64,000 bases of DNA from Adineta vaga (GCA_021613535.1 CP075495.1:13268001-13332000); one strand, 5' to 3'; shown: positions 1 through 14,280, numbered from the stretch's first letter. Notes: generated by a model from the sequence alone, not told the origin. Translations and numbers: made by a program.

Positions 1-1126
1 TGAAAATACTTACTAAAGATGTATCGATGAATCTAACGATAAGATGTTAAAACAAACTAATTCAACTTGACACTTTCCATTACAACTCATCAAACAGCTT
101 GAATCTCAATATATTCATTCGATTTCACCTCGAAATTTTACCATTGTATCATGTATAGATTTTTGATCAGTTGAGAAATACGACTTTTATAAGACATTTC
201 GTTGTCAAAATTGTTCATCTTCAGATAATTCTGTTCATCAATGTTAATTCATAATATTATATCCGTTCTCTCATTGAAAAATACCATTAAAAAACAATTC
301 TTGAAAACCAATCAATAATCAATTTAACTGGAATAGAAAATGATCGTTGATATAGGTCACTGAATGCCATTTTCCAAGAAACAAAAATAAAAAAATTCTG
401 TTATAGGATAAAATAATCAATTGGATATTCATCAGTTCATTCAGTTGATAGTGATTACGAAACCACGAGAAAAATAGATAGTTAAAACGATAGATGTCGC
501 TATAGATTGGAATCTTGTTTATAGTCGAGAAAATTGCTGCAACTTTGTAAAACAATCTGTTTGCTACAGATTTCTGTACTTCTTCATTTCTCACTCGATA
601 TACATCTCTTCAGTAGTTTCTTACATGTTTTACGGGAACAAAAAAAAACAATATTTAAATAAGCAGTGTAAAGTTAGACTCTGATCTTTATCACTGTATT
701 ACTCGCTAGTGATTCTCATAAACTTCTATATTTAAAAGAAATACAAAGATTTAATGTGATTTGTATACTAAGCATATTTTATTAGACGAGTTATTTTTTA
801 TCAGTATTCTTAAATGGTACCTCATTGATAGTCTCCAGGTATCGGATGATCATGTAATTCAAACAAATTCTTATTGAGAATTCAGAGTCAATGTGCCTCG
901 ATCTGCCGGAGAAAAGAACATTCGAAAGAATTCATCTCAGAAAGAAGAGTCATCTATTGAAAAATATGACGAACAGAAAGAAAGGCTCATCGTAGACAAC
1001 ATCATTAGAAATGCCCGCATTCTATATTTTTCGACACTTTAAAAACAATATATATATATATATATTTCAGCTCAACCATGTGACTCGTTTCAGAGATCTT
1101 TTTATTCTATCAAAGGAAACAAAATC

Positions 1127-3052
1127 ATGTGCTCACCTGAAGATTCTGTTCAATACAAAATGTATGCTAATCGTTATCAGCAAATGAAAAAACTCGGCCA
1201 AGGAAGTTTTGGTACGGCTTTTTTAGTACATGATACTAAATCTAAACAGGAAAAGTACGATGAAAAAAAAACAAACAATCTATTCAATAAATATATGATA
1301 AAGAATAATTTGTCTTTTTTTGTTTTGAAGAAAAGTTTTGAAAGCAATCTATGTTGATGATGTATCTCCAAATGAATCGTTGAATGCTGAACATGAAGCA
1401 GCCATCTTAGCACGTCTTCGTCATCCGAATATAGTTCGATTTTATGATAGTTTTATCGATGAAAATTACTTTTGTATTGTAACAGAATACTGTGAAGTAA
1501 AGTTTGTGGAAATACAAAGAAAACGATTTTTACTTTTGCTTTTCTGTTTAGGATGGTGATCTTGATCAGTATTTAAAATCTCTACGTAAACAACGAAGTC
1601 GTTTACAAATGGATCAAGTTATTGATCTATTTCTTCAACTTTTGTCAGCTATTAATTTTCTACATTCGAAGAAAATTCTTCATCGAGATATAAAAACGAG
1701 TAATATCTTTTTGAAACAAAATCGTATTAAATTAGGAGATTTTGGTATCTCACGTTTAATGATGAATACATTGGATAAAGCATCAACTTTTATTGGAACA
1801 CCATTCTATATGAGTCCAGAAACATTGAGATATGATGGATATAATATGAAATCAGATATTTGGTAAGAAAATGAGAGGGAAAATTGTTTGGAATTTCGTT
1901 CGTTTTTAAAGGTCATTAGGATGTGTTCTTTATGAATTGAGTGTTTGTAAACGTGCTTTTGAACGATCGAATCTTGTGCAAACAATGGAAGCAATTCTTC
2001 GAGAATCTCCACCTTTATTACCTGAAAGATTTCCACCAAAAGTTCAACAACTTTATTTACAGTAAATGTTCTGAATCGCAGAATTTTTCAATAGGTTTAT
2101 TGTACTTTTGTTATTAGAATACTTTCGAAAGATCCAGAAGAACGATTGGGAGCTGAAGAATTATTGGAAGAATTTCGTCAAGTAACGTTATTTATGAAAA
2201 TAATATTCAACAAAAAGATTTTTGATGTAGATTGAAATCAAAGGAAATTATAAACAAAAACTAACATCTCAATCGTCAACACCTAATCTGGAAATAAGTA
2301 ATGCTGAATATTGAAATGAGAGAAATTAGTTTACAGAAGTATCGCCAGAAATCTATTCAGTAGCGAAAGCCTATTCATAAAGAGAGACTTGCTAACTGTC
2401 GAATTTTTTTCTATTGAAATCGATTTGAAAGTTTTATTTACTTTTTTACCCATTGACTATAGCTGCTATTTTTATTGAAATATGTTTTCTTTCATTTAGA
2501 TCCTACACATCCAGATTTTCGTCGATCATATAGTAACAGTCCAATAGTCAATAAACATATTCGACAGTCATTGCAAGTACCATCATCACCAGTTCATTCT
2601 GCATCCTCGATGGATTCTGTTGAATCTTTTGAAACGACTGCCTCAGGTTTTCAATATTTCAACCAATCTTTCATCATAGTATTTTTTAATCTTATTTTAC
2701 AGATGATATTCAAGCAACCGATGATAAATATGATCCATTTAGTCCGACAGCCAAAGAAACTAAAACTGATTATTGTCGAAGGTAAATAACAAACATCTGT
2801 TTATTTATACATTTCTTGTCTTTTTTTAGCAAAGCTCAAGAATTAGTTGGTACAGATAATTTTACTCTCATTTACGGTTATTTACATGATCAACGTCAGA
2901 AACAATCAGAAGATCCAACTCGTACCGATGATGTTCTTCTTTCTGGTCTTCAAACATTATGTTCAAATTCTTATGCTTGTAAACTAATCGATGAACTTGT
3001 ATTACTTGATTGTGTAAATGAATTAGATGAACGTACACAAACAACTCGATGA
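1127..3052 (+). CDS. NIMA-related Ser/Thr kinase, NEK11-like (copy A), multi-exon
   Basis: Spliced ORFs give [37 protein letters not shown] and KSDIW. The C-terminal [18 protein letters not shown]...[10 protein letters not shown] resembles the NEK11 tail. Introns are GT-AG. Confidence 0.9.
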
Positions 3053-3121
3053 AAATTTTCTTGTCTTCTTTTCTTGATTCTAAAATAGCAATTTATTTTA
3101 GATTAGTTTTTACAGAAAATT

Positions 3122-6022
3122 ATGACAGATATAGATGAACCGCAAATATTTAAAAAACGTTATAAGATTGTCAAGAAATTAGGAGCAGGAAATTTTGGTA
3201 CAGCTTATCTTGTCACTGATCTTCAAGGAAAAAATGAATCGTAAGAAACGATTTTCACGACTAATAGAAATAAATCTTTTTCGGCTTTGTCTTTATCTGT
3301 AGGAAAGTACTAAAAGTAGTTCGATTAGGTGAAATGGATGCTGATCAAACAGTTGATTCTGTACGTGAAGCTGAATTATTATCAAATTTGCATAATGAAC
3401 ATATTGTTAAGGTAACGATTGGTTTCTTTGTTACTATTTGATCTAAAAGTTGAAAAATGTCATTTTAGTTTTACGAAAGTTTTCTTGAAAACGATTGTCT
3501 ATGTATTGTAACGGAATATTGTGAGGGCGGTGATCTTGATCAACGTTTTAAAGAACTAAAGAAACAAAAACAATTATTAGATGAAGATCAAATTGTTGAA
3601 TGGCTTATTCAAATATTGATTGCCGTACAATATATGCATAAATCAAGAATTTTACATCGTGATTTAAAAGCTCGAAACATTTTTCTTAAATCAAATAAAG
3701 TTAAAATTGGTGATTTTGGTATTAGTCGAATTCTAATTGGAACAATGGATGTTGCAAGTACATTTACTGGAACACCGTATGATTTTTATTTGTACGTATT
3801 TCAATGGGTATTACATGTTTTTTTCTTTCTTCTTACTAGATATTATATGTCACCAGAAGTAATGAAACATGATGGATATGAATCGAAATCAGATATTTGG
3901 TAAGAAAATAACAATTTGTGTTTATGAAAAGATTATTATTGAATATTTGATGTTTAGGTCAGTTGGCTGTTTATTATATGAAATGTGTACTTATCAACAT
4001 GCTTTTGATGGAAAAGGTCTAATGAATGTGATATATAAAGTAGTCGAAGGTCAACCACCAGATTTACCACAAACATATACAAAAGAACTTAATGATATAC
4101 TTAAAAAGTGAGTATTTTATGATTGGATCATAATTTTAAATATGATAAACAATAATATTGATGTATATTTTACTAGAATGTTTACAAAAGATCCAAAGCA
4201 ACGTCCTAGTGCTGCTGATTTACTCCATAATCCATATATTCTCGAACATCTTCAGGTAGACTTATACAGAAAATCGAGACAATTTATTGATTATTTCATT
4301 TTATTTAGCGAACTCAAATAAGTATACCTCTGGAAAATACAATTAGCGGTAGTCGTCGTGCAAGAGATATTCATACTCGTTTGTAAATATAGAAATAATG
4401 TTTAATGATATGAAAAAAAATCGATTGAATCTTCTCTGTAGTCAAACTCCAATAAGCTATGGTGATATGAAAAAGCAAAACTGGTCCCTGAGTGGACAAC
4501 ATCAGATAGTCAATGACAATGCACATAATAATAATGATAATAATAAAATTAACGATGATGATGATGATGTACAACTTGGCAATAATACATTCTATAAACG
4601 CAGTGCAAAACCAGAGGAAACACCGAAAAAAGAAGAAAATGATGATAATGATACTGATGAACAAACTGTTAAAGCTGCACAACCATACAAGACAGCTAAA
4701 CAAACTATGATGGAACGAAAACTGCATGAAGCTGATGCACGTGGACAAGTTTTTAGGTAAGTATCATTTTGATTCGACTCGTAAGTACACTTTTTCTTTG
4801 ATTATCTAGTCAAGCAATTCGAAAAACTACACCAGACGCTGCTCAAAATCGACAATTGATGCGTGAAAGTACTATAGTCGGAACTGTAAATGAATTTGAA
4901 ATTACTTTCTTTTTCTTGATTGAATCATTTTGATTAATCTAGATGAAACAACCATGGCCATCTGCAACTGATAACAATATCAAAGAACGCACACACTCAA
5001 AATTGGGACAAACATTTAATCATACTTATAGTAAGTTTACTAGATCAAAAGAATTCGGGATCGAAAATTTTAATACAATTTATATTTCAATCCTATGGAG
5101 ATCAAACAGAAAGAAAAGGAAAATAGCATTATGGTACTTTCGACTGTAGTTCTCGAGATTACTAATGAAACGATAATTGTTTTACGTTTAACAAATAAGA
5201 TAAATAAATTTTCCTCATTAGATTCCAATCAATTTTCCAATGATGAAACTTATACTGTTCGTTCTGTAACTTTTCATAAACCTGCTAGTACTTATATTGA
5301 TGATCGACCTATAACACCTATGCGTGGAACTTATCGACAAGTTGCTGATAATTTTGGTGATGAAGATGGTTTACCAAGTGATCCTAATTTAACTAATCAA
5401 TATTACGAAGTTTATAATGATTTCGAAAAAGAAGATGATTTTAGTCCAACACGCGAAAAACATGAAAAAGATTTTAATGAACAAGTTTGCCGTAGTTTCA
5501 ATGGTCAACACACGACCTTAAAAAGTCAACGACCGATGTCGGCGTCTCAACATTCAACTATAAATTCAATGAGTCGAACAATCAATCCACGTTATGCTCC
5601 AAATTCGACTCGACCATCGAAATATCTTACATCATCAACAACGATTGCGAATACAACAAAAAAACAAAGACCTTCATCGAGAACAAAACCCGATGAGAAC
5701 GATATGACACTAAAAGATAATCCAACTCATGATGCTTATGGGCCACTTGCCAGAAAAAGAAAAATTCCTTCACTACGAACGTAAGTGAAATCTTATGTAT
5801 ATAAAATAAAAATAAAAACTTTATTTTTCTAGAAAAGCTATTGAAGCCTTAGGCAACGAAACTTTTGAAAAAGTTCATGATTATCTAATAAAACAACGTA
5901 CTCTTCAACGTACAGATTCTACATTAGACGATGGCAAAATAACTCAAGGTTTAACAGCATTTGTTAAAAAACCCAGTGATTGTTTTCTTGTTGATCAACT
6001 TGTATTTCTCGAATTAGTTTAA
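3122..6022 (+). CDS. NEK11: NIMA-related Ser/Thr kinase, NEK11-like (copy B), multi-exon
   Basis: ATG at 3122 (MTDIDEPQIFKKRYKIVKKLGAGNFG), then HRDLKARNIFL, KIGDFG, GTP|YYMSPE and KSDIW. The last exon KAIEALGNETFEKVHDYL...CFLVDQLVFLELV* matches the NEK11-type C-terminus. Confidence 0.88.
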
Positions 6023-7377
6023 AACGTGAAATTAACGTGTGTACATAATTCTTGTTCGTCAATAGTCAAAAGACAGATCAACATTCCACATGTGATTCTT
6101 ATGACGTATTAAATCGTCACAGAAATTAAAATTGGACAAGCCACTTTTTTTTCTTTCTTTTCATGTAAATCTTGTTTGTTTTTGTCTCGACATTCTAGAA
6201 ATAATTGGTATTGATTACGTGTGAGAAAAATAAAGAAAAAAAGAACAATTGACAAAGAAACTCATTAAAACTTTGGAATTATTATAATTCATATTTTAAA
6301 GAAAACATTGTACGTCATCTAATCTTTTTTATACTCTTAGAGATGACGAAGAAAGAAAATCGACGACGATCGATTTGAAGATATTATTGCCAAAAAACAC
6401 CTCCATACTATCACTAATTAATCGTGCATTTCTCATGATAATTTGATAAAAAAAGAAAAAGTGCCTTCCGGGATTTCCACTTACATACTAGAATGAACTC
6501 AATTTATTCTCTACTCAACGAAAATAAATATTCAATACTAAGTATCTTCTCATTGAATGATCGACTTGGAAGAAATATATATCAAAATGTCTAGGTCAAA
6601 ATCGCACTATATCATTTTAATTAAAAATTTCCGATTGATTACTACGAGTGATAAATTAATTTGTTCTATACTCGATGACCGTACTTACAATGAGTTTCAA
6701 GGCATTTTCCAGATGAGACACACTAAATAATTAATCGAACTGTCATTTTAACAAGATCAATGCTGCAAATCATCTTAGACGATTATTATTATTATTATTA
6801 TTCATAATCAGGTATTAGATTTAATCTTGTATCTTTTTTTCTCTTATAATCATATATATATATATATAGGTTTGAATATAATGAATTATTCAATAAGATT
6901 TAGATAAAGAAAATAAATTCTTCTTTTTCTTCTTCTTTACGTTTTACATTTACTGATTTTTACAATAGTTTGATAGTTTTCTCTCTTTCTCTCTCTCTTT
7001 TTTGAATGCCGATTGAATACACATAGGCAACATTGAGAATCATCAAGATAGAAGAGAAAGAATCTTATAAATTTTTTATTCCTTTATATTCTCGATATTA
7101 AGTTGGTGAATTTCCGTAAAAATTTTGCATGCCAATCCGACATTTTCTCTCGATAGTACTAGACAAAAAAACCGACTATAGAAAAAGAGAATAAAAAAAA
7201 TAGAGACAAAGGGTACATAAGCGTGATAACAACGTTGTTGTCATTTCTTTTCTTTGTATTCATCCTTCTCAACATCTATTAAGAATCACGACATCGAAAT
7301 CGATCAGTTCTATTCTTCGTCTTCGTTTTATCTGATCAAATAATTTATTATCATACATAAATAATACTTCAATCAAT

Positions 7378-7656
7378 ATGTCCGAAAATGAAACATTATT
7401 TCTAATATCAACAACAAGAACAACAATACGAACGACGACAAGATATGTAGAAAGTCCACTTAATTCATGGTACATTGGCGGTATTATGTTTATGTTAACT
7501 GTTATCTTAGTGCTTCTTTATGCAAATTTTTATCGTGAGAATACTTTTCAACTTTTATGGTATCGATTACTAACCAAACTTCACATTACACCTATATCAC
7601 CATCAACAACATTCACATCAATTTCATCGCCTACTATTGATCGACTTCCTAATTAA
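7378..7656 (+). CDS. Small single-pass membrane protein, unknown function
   Basis: 92-aa ORF with a Thr-rich N-terminus and one hydrophobic helix (WYIGGIMFMLTVILVLLYANF). Codon style resembles neighbouring genes. Confidence 0.5.
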   Translation: MSENETLFLISTTRTTIRTTTRYVESPLNSWYIGGIMFMLTVILVLLYANFYRENTFQLLWYRLLTKLHITPISPSTTFTSISSPTIDRLPN

Positions 7657-8590
7657 GTCAGAATGAACACAAACTATTCCAAGGTCAATATAAGTTTTAT
7701 AAACACATAGTTCTTCTAATTCTAAAGAAATGATCACTAAGGGAATACAAGCAAAGTTCACTCATAAGTTATTCAAAGATTATTTCTTTTTTCTATATAG
7801 TTCTCAAGAGATACATAAATAACCAATGCAGTTGCGATTTGTTTTTCTGAACAATTCATAAGAAAGAATATAAAACATCGAATATCATCGATTATTTTCA
7901 TCTAAAAATCGATACATCACAAATCTAATGATGTTATTATTTACTTACAGTTCTTTCTCTCTTCTCTTCAGAAGTCCGGAAAGTAGATCGGTTACGGTAA
8001 ACGAATGATGATTATGAAGAAATATTCCGGCTGCTCATCCTATTGATTATTTGTTTAGCATTTCCATTAAAAACTTGTTAACATTTAATAAATAACATAC
8101 GAGAAATAGTCGTCATCATCATATACACTTTTATATTGACATATTTGATCATTAATAGTAAAGATGTTCGTCAAGTTGTTTTCTATCATTCTATACGGTC
8201 AAGAAACTTTTTTCGATTGATATTAATCTAATTGAATTGCTTTATGTTCAATATTTTCAAAGAAGTTATCGACATTTTCTTCTTTTTCCGAACGAAGATA
8301 TAGTCTTCCGACATTTTGCTCTATCTATCGATGAATAACTGCGAAATTTGATCATTAACCATTGGTTCTAGTAGAGAAGTACATATAAGGATAAGGAATA
8401 GGAAAAAGAATACAATTCTCAGAATAGAACTTATCGAAGGCAGAAACGGTTGTATAACCGAGAAGATTTTGGTGTATCTCTTGTCTTTATACATCTGCTG
8501 ACATCACAATTGCGTGTATAAGATCGTTCTTGAGAACAAAGCAACGAAAACGTATTTATCTAGTCAAAGTTTTTTTTCTACAGTCTAAAA

Positions 8591-8936
8591 ATGGATCCAA
8601 AATGTGCTGTTTGTGAAAAAATTGCTTATGCAACAGAAAGAATCATGGTGAATGGTAAAGCTTATCATAAACCATGTTTTCGTTGTACACATTGTAAATC
8701 GGTTTTAAAGTAATAAAGAAAAAAGTGAATAATGAGTATCATTTTATTTTCGTTTTAATAGGCCCGGTAATTTCACCTCAAATGATGGTAAAGTTTATTG
8801 CAAAACTCATTATATGCAATTATTTAAAGTTAAAGGGAATTATAAATCAGGTTTTGCAGGTGAAACAAATGCAATTGGTGATTCAATAAATAAAACAAAT
8901 GGTGCTAATATTCAACCAAATCCTGAAACAGAATAA
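8591..8936 (+). CDS. Single LIM-domain protein, LIMD2-like (2 exons, intron 8710-8761)
   Basis: Manual translation: [40 protein letters not shown]|[27 protein letters not shown]. All eight Zn ligands are present, plus the QLFKxKGNY tail of LIMD2/EPLIN-type LIM domains. Not in the ORF track. Confidence 0.9.
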
Positions 8937-10366
8937 TACTTGTATTTAATTAGAAATCTATCGATTCTTTTTTTTTCTTCTTAAACAATATACATATATA
9001 TTTTTTTTCTTCTCTCACTTCGTATTTGAATATAATCAGACTAAATAGATTTTTCTTTCTTTCTTTTCTTTGTAATATCAAATAACTGCATGATAGAGAC
9101 TTCTTTATTTGTTTTTTCTATATTGATGTTAATAAAGAATGGCTAAATGTGTTCTCTTATTCAAAAAAAACAATTTACATAGGAAATGGACTTCATTAAT
9201 AAAGCCTAGAAAATATCTGAGAAGATTATGTAATCTATTTTAGGTCTTATATAACATTTTCTATTGAAAATTGACGCGTATGGTGTTGAGTTGATTAATT
9301 TGACGATGGAGTATAATATTAAAAATCGAAGAACGTTAGCAATAGAAGAAATTGTCCATAAGTGAATTTATGATTGAAGAGTTGACTTAAGTAGCACGTT
9401 ATAGAGGTAAATCAAATATATGTATATATGTGTAGAAAACATCTGTCATTTATTGTGATTCAAAAGTTTGCTTAACAATTTAGAAAAGACGTTTTCTTTT
9501 CTCAAGAATAACAATCGCACTAATCTTACATAGTTTCGTAAATCGTATTCTCACTTAATCAATATCCTATTTCAAAATTAACACACAGAAAAAAAAGAAG
9601 GTAATGCAACATATCTTTGTTTCAGTACATATGAAATGTGATATTATAAGATTTGTTTTCCTTATTTCAAACTAACGAAAAGAAAATCATTGTCTATAGA
9701 TCAGTCATAGAACGACATCTCTTCTTGATCTATATCCGCTAACAAGAACAAACCAATACATGCGGATATGATGAATCACAACTGTCATTTTTCTTCGTCT
9801 CTTTTTCCTCATTCGGAAGGGAAAAAGAAGAAGAAGAAAATGTCTACTAACTAACATCGTCTTATTCCTCAAGACATTGATTACAGATTGTTCTACTTTT
9901 CATCGTCTTTGAAATACTTAAATATTCTTTTTTATTTTTTATTACAATCTTCTTTTCATAGATATTTTAATTTACACATTTTTCTTTCTCTTTCACGTTG
10001 GAATAAAAGCACGTTTTTTATTCTAATGCCTCTACTTGAAAATGAATTGTTTACTCAATTTATAGCTAAGAGAGGTGAAGATCAATTTATTAATACGAAG
10101 AAAAATATTCTCTTTTTTTTCTCTTCTTTTTCTTCTTCTTCTTCATTCTTTCTCGTTCATATTATACTACTGAGAATTTCTTTCCTAACCAATACAATCG
10201 TAAAAAGAGATTTTGCACGTCTATTATTGACATAAGTATTACCAATGTGTATTGTAACTATGCAATGAATTAGTATGAAAACTTTCGTTTTGTCTCATTG
10301 AATCATTATTGTCCTATTTATTCCCATGGATGTTTGTTTCAATTTTGTAGACAAGTTCGAAGTAAT

Positions 10367-13300
10367 ATGACAACAACAGATCAACGTTATCGTATTGTTG
10401 GTGATGTGACTGTACGAGGTAAAACATCAACAGCAACATCGGCATTTAGTAAAGGAAAAAAAGTTGAAATTATTTATGGAAATAAAAAAACAACAGATTT
10501 TGATAATGTTTCAATTATACAATCCCGTCAACCACTTACACCTGAATCACCTTATTTCGTTGTTGAAGTTTATAAATGCGGTAAGAAGATAAGAATTATT
10601 CGTATTTAGTTTTTTCTTCAATTTAACATCAAATTATATTTCAGATCCGGATGCAATTTTAGCAGTAGGCATTGCACCCATTGACATCAATTTACATACA
10701 GGTAGATCCATAAATATTTAATAAAGATTGATTAAGATAAATGCTTTTCTAGGTCAATATAACAATTCTCTCGGTTATCATAATAATACCGGACGAGTTT
10801 ATACATCATGGAAAGTTCATGCCAATACATTAGGTCTTCAATATGGAAAAGGTATTTTGATGACGAAAATGTATTGATCTTTTAATGAATTCAATATAAT
10901 TTGATTATTTAGGAAATACTGTCGCAGTTTATGTAACTTATTTTGGTGAACATCTATCAACAGCACTTCTTTACTATGATAATTTTCCTGTAGCAACAAG
11001 GTATATTATACAGATAAGATAAATACCATGATATTTGCACGTTTTATTGATGTTGATCAATAACGAATAATTTTAATAAAAAGAAGAAAAAAAGAATCGA
11101 AAAACTGATGAATTTTGTCATGATCATAAGATAAAACCTATTATCATGGGAATTCTTAGAATAAGTCTAATGGAAAAGTCTTTCGAAAGAAAAAGATTAT
11201 CACACAGGAGATGATTATCTACTCTTGTTTTTTTCTTTATGAATATATAAATTATAATGATTAATTTTTTGTAATTAGATATCATTTCGAAACCAATAAA
11301 GAACGTTTTTTTCCAACTATAACATTTTCTGGTGGCCGTGTTGAGATTGGAGTTCTTTGGCCGGAAGCTGTGGAACAATTACCATCTATTAGTGATGTAG
11401 GTTAATTATTTTTTGTTCAATGATAAATGAAATTTCTCTTTTTTTCGTTCTTTAGATTCCTGTATCTCAATGGATTCGTGCACCAATGGGTACATACGAT
11501 GCTCAAACGGGATTTTTTGAAAATCCATCACGATTAGAAGATTTGCCAGTGCAAGCGCCGGTACCATTAGGCAAAACATTTCGTTATTTTGTTGTTACAC
11601 AACAAGAAGTTTCAGCAACTGATGGAAAAGGTGCAAGTGTTGGTTTAGCTACTTATTCAGTAAGCAATATTTGATGATAATGATTTTTGTAGATAATCAT
11701 TCATTTTAGCCTTTGAAACCAACACCAACATGTACATTAATGAAAGATTATTATACATGGTTTGCTAAAATGAAAAGTAAAGGGGAAGAAAAAGCGAATG
11801 ATCGAAGAGAATATTGAAATTTGTTGAATGTTTTAGTGAAAGTTGGAAATACAATTGGTTGGGGAGTTTATTATGATGATAATTGTGAAGATGATAAAGC
11901 TGAACAATTATGTTTAGTTTATGTTATGTTTAATAAATTAATTGTTGATGTTCTTTTTGTTTTACAACCAGAAGGTGGTTTTGTTCCAATTGTTTTACTT
12001 CAACCCTACGGTAAAGTAAAATGATAAAAATCAGAAAATCGTTTTCAATAGTTTTCTTCTCTTGATTTTAGCAACGAAAGTTTCAATTGCAAAAAAGAAT
12101 ATGTTAACAGCAGATGAATTAACTAAACTTCAAGGACTTTATAAACAAATGTTACGACCAGCAATTGATATTTATCGAAAAGATAAAGTTGAACGAGGTA
12201 GAAAGACAATAAAGCAAAAAAGTATTCCAAAGAATTTACCTTTCTTTTTCAATCTTTATAGATTTACCTGGAAGTGCATTTCGCAAAAGTGATCAAGTTC
12301 TATTGAGTATTACTGATCAACTCTGTCGTGTATCAATACCAAAAACTGAAAATACTATTCATTATGTTCAATTTCGTCGCCCATTGACATCAGAACGACG
12401 ATTCTTTTTTGTTGAATTAGAAAATATTAGTAAAAATATTTCTTTTCAATTTCATTTTTAAGACTGATTTTCTTCTTATCTAGGTCAACAATGTCAAGTA
12501 ACGATTGGCATAACCTCATCTGATCATACATTATATGAAGCACCAGGTTTTTCTGATGATACTGTTGGTTATAATGCATATACAGGAAAATTATATTCAA
12601 ATCGAAAAGATATTGGAAATATGCGTGGACATCGATGTCAAAAAGGTGATACGGTTGGCTTAGAAATTGAAACATTTGATCAAGAAATGAGTGTCGTATT
12701 GTTCAGTAAAAATTTTCGACCTATTGGTACACGATATATAACATTACGTGATCGTACACAATTTTATCCGACTATTTTTATTGAAAATGCGGGTGATCCG
12801 GTGGAATTATTAGTCTATTGGCAAACAAGAGTTTCAGTACCTCCACATTATAGTGTGGTTAGTTATTTTGTTCGGAATTTCTTGATTGAAATTAACATGC
12901 TTTGTTTTATTAAATGTTTTTTTAGAGAAATCCTGAAGATTGGTGCTTACCAGAAGGAACCAAAATCGATTTAAAAGACAAATTCTTTATCTTACCACAA
13001 CATTATGATCGTTCTCTATGTTTACAAGCTCCATATAGTTTACATAAAAGTACGTATTCTTTCGTTGTGTAGAAAGGAGCACATCGTCAGTACTGAAAAG
13101 AGAATGACGTAGATTTGAGTTAATCTTTATTTTTAATACATGAAAAACTTGATTACTGTCAATGTCAATCAGAATCTACATTTGTCTTATTTTATAGAAT
13201 ATAATCACTTCGAAATTGTTTTGGCGGATAAATTTAGTGATAATGAACCGCCTCCAGGTAAGAATCTTCTATAAAATTTGTTTTGTTTCATTCGTAAATC

Positions 13301-14280
13301 TTTAATAGCAATTGCTTTGTGTACGGCTTCACCACTTGATCCACCACCAATTTCTCAATTTAAACAAGATTATCTAAGATTTTGGCCAACAGGAGATGGT
13401 AATTGTTAATCTTTCTAGTCAAGAAAATCATTATTATTCTATATTTGATTTTCAGCTGCGAAATATTTAAAACAAGGTGATAAGATTGGTTGGGGAGTTT
13501 TATTTCCTCAAGATGAAGATAGTAAAGTGGGTAAAAACAACGAACAATTAATTATTTGTTATCTAACGGTTAATCGAACTGTTGGTTATGTTCGAGTACT
13601 TTATCAACCTGTTGGTGGTCTTTATCCAGTTGTAATAGCACCACCTAATGGTAAATATTTTCTTCATTAAATCAAATAAGTTTCTTTCGGTTGTAGTTAA
13701 TCGTATCAAAATGGATTTTTCAGCAACACGAATATCTACACAAGATTTTACACCTGAACAAATAAAAACGATTCTTTCTGATGCTAAACAACAAATTGAA
13801 GCCGAACAACTTCCAACAAAAAGTAAGAAAAACTTGATATGATTCAAAAATTTTATTATTTACATTATTTAGAATAAAATAAGTTTTTATTGTGAGTAAA
13901 TATCTTGTTCTCTTTACACATTCGTTTCTAATCACATTATTCCATATGTATTTCCTGCGTTATTCGCTATTTTATATGTTTCATTTCTATGCCATTGTTT
14001 ACTTTCGCATAGCTAGTTCCTTTTTTTATTATTATTTCTATCTTTCGTAGAGCTATTGCATGTATAAAAAAAAAGCATTTCTATATTCGATATAATAAAT
14101 TAGTCAATGATTTCGTTTTTTGATTTAGACTCACAATCAACAACTGGAAAAAAGAACAGTATACAACCAAATAATAAATTAACAATTAATGGTCATCAAT
14201 CAGATATGAATTCAACTACAAATTATTATTCGGATTCCAATGTTCCAGCAACGAAATCTGCCGCTTGTATCATTCTTTGA
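10367..14280 (+). CDS. Multi-SPRY-domain protein (SPRYD3-like) with C-terminal CaaX (CIIL), many exons
   Basis: Repeated SPRY-type motifs: PLTPESPYFVVEV/SLGYHNNTG, PLTSERRFFFVEL/GYNAYTGK/GDTVGL, GNTIGWGV, GDKIGWGV/GGLYPVV. The last exon (14129-14280) ends ATKSAACIIL*. Confidence 0.75.

Noticed and set aside
1-600. Minus-strand coding-like fragments and a 91-aa ORF
   Set aside because: Multiple stops and no recognisable motif; a gene or pseudogene call cannot be supported.
2337-2380. Possible short terminal exon in NEK copy A
   Set aside because: It needs a 39-nt intron, shorter than others here; the acceptor at 2499 gives a continuous in-frame protein.
7990-8230. Hydrophobic reading frame with an internal stop
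   Set aside because: AT-rich DNA produces hydrophobic frames by chance; no start codon or motif supports it.
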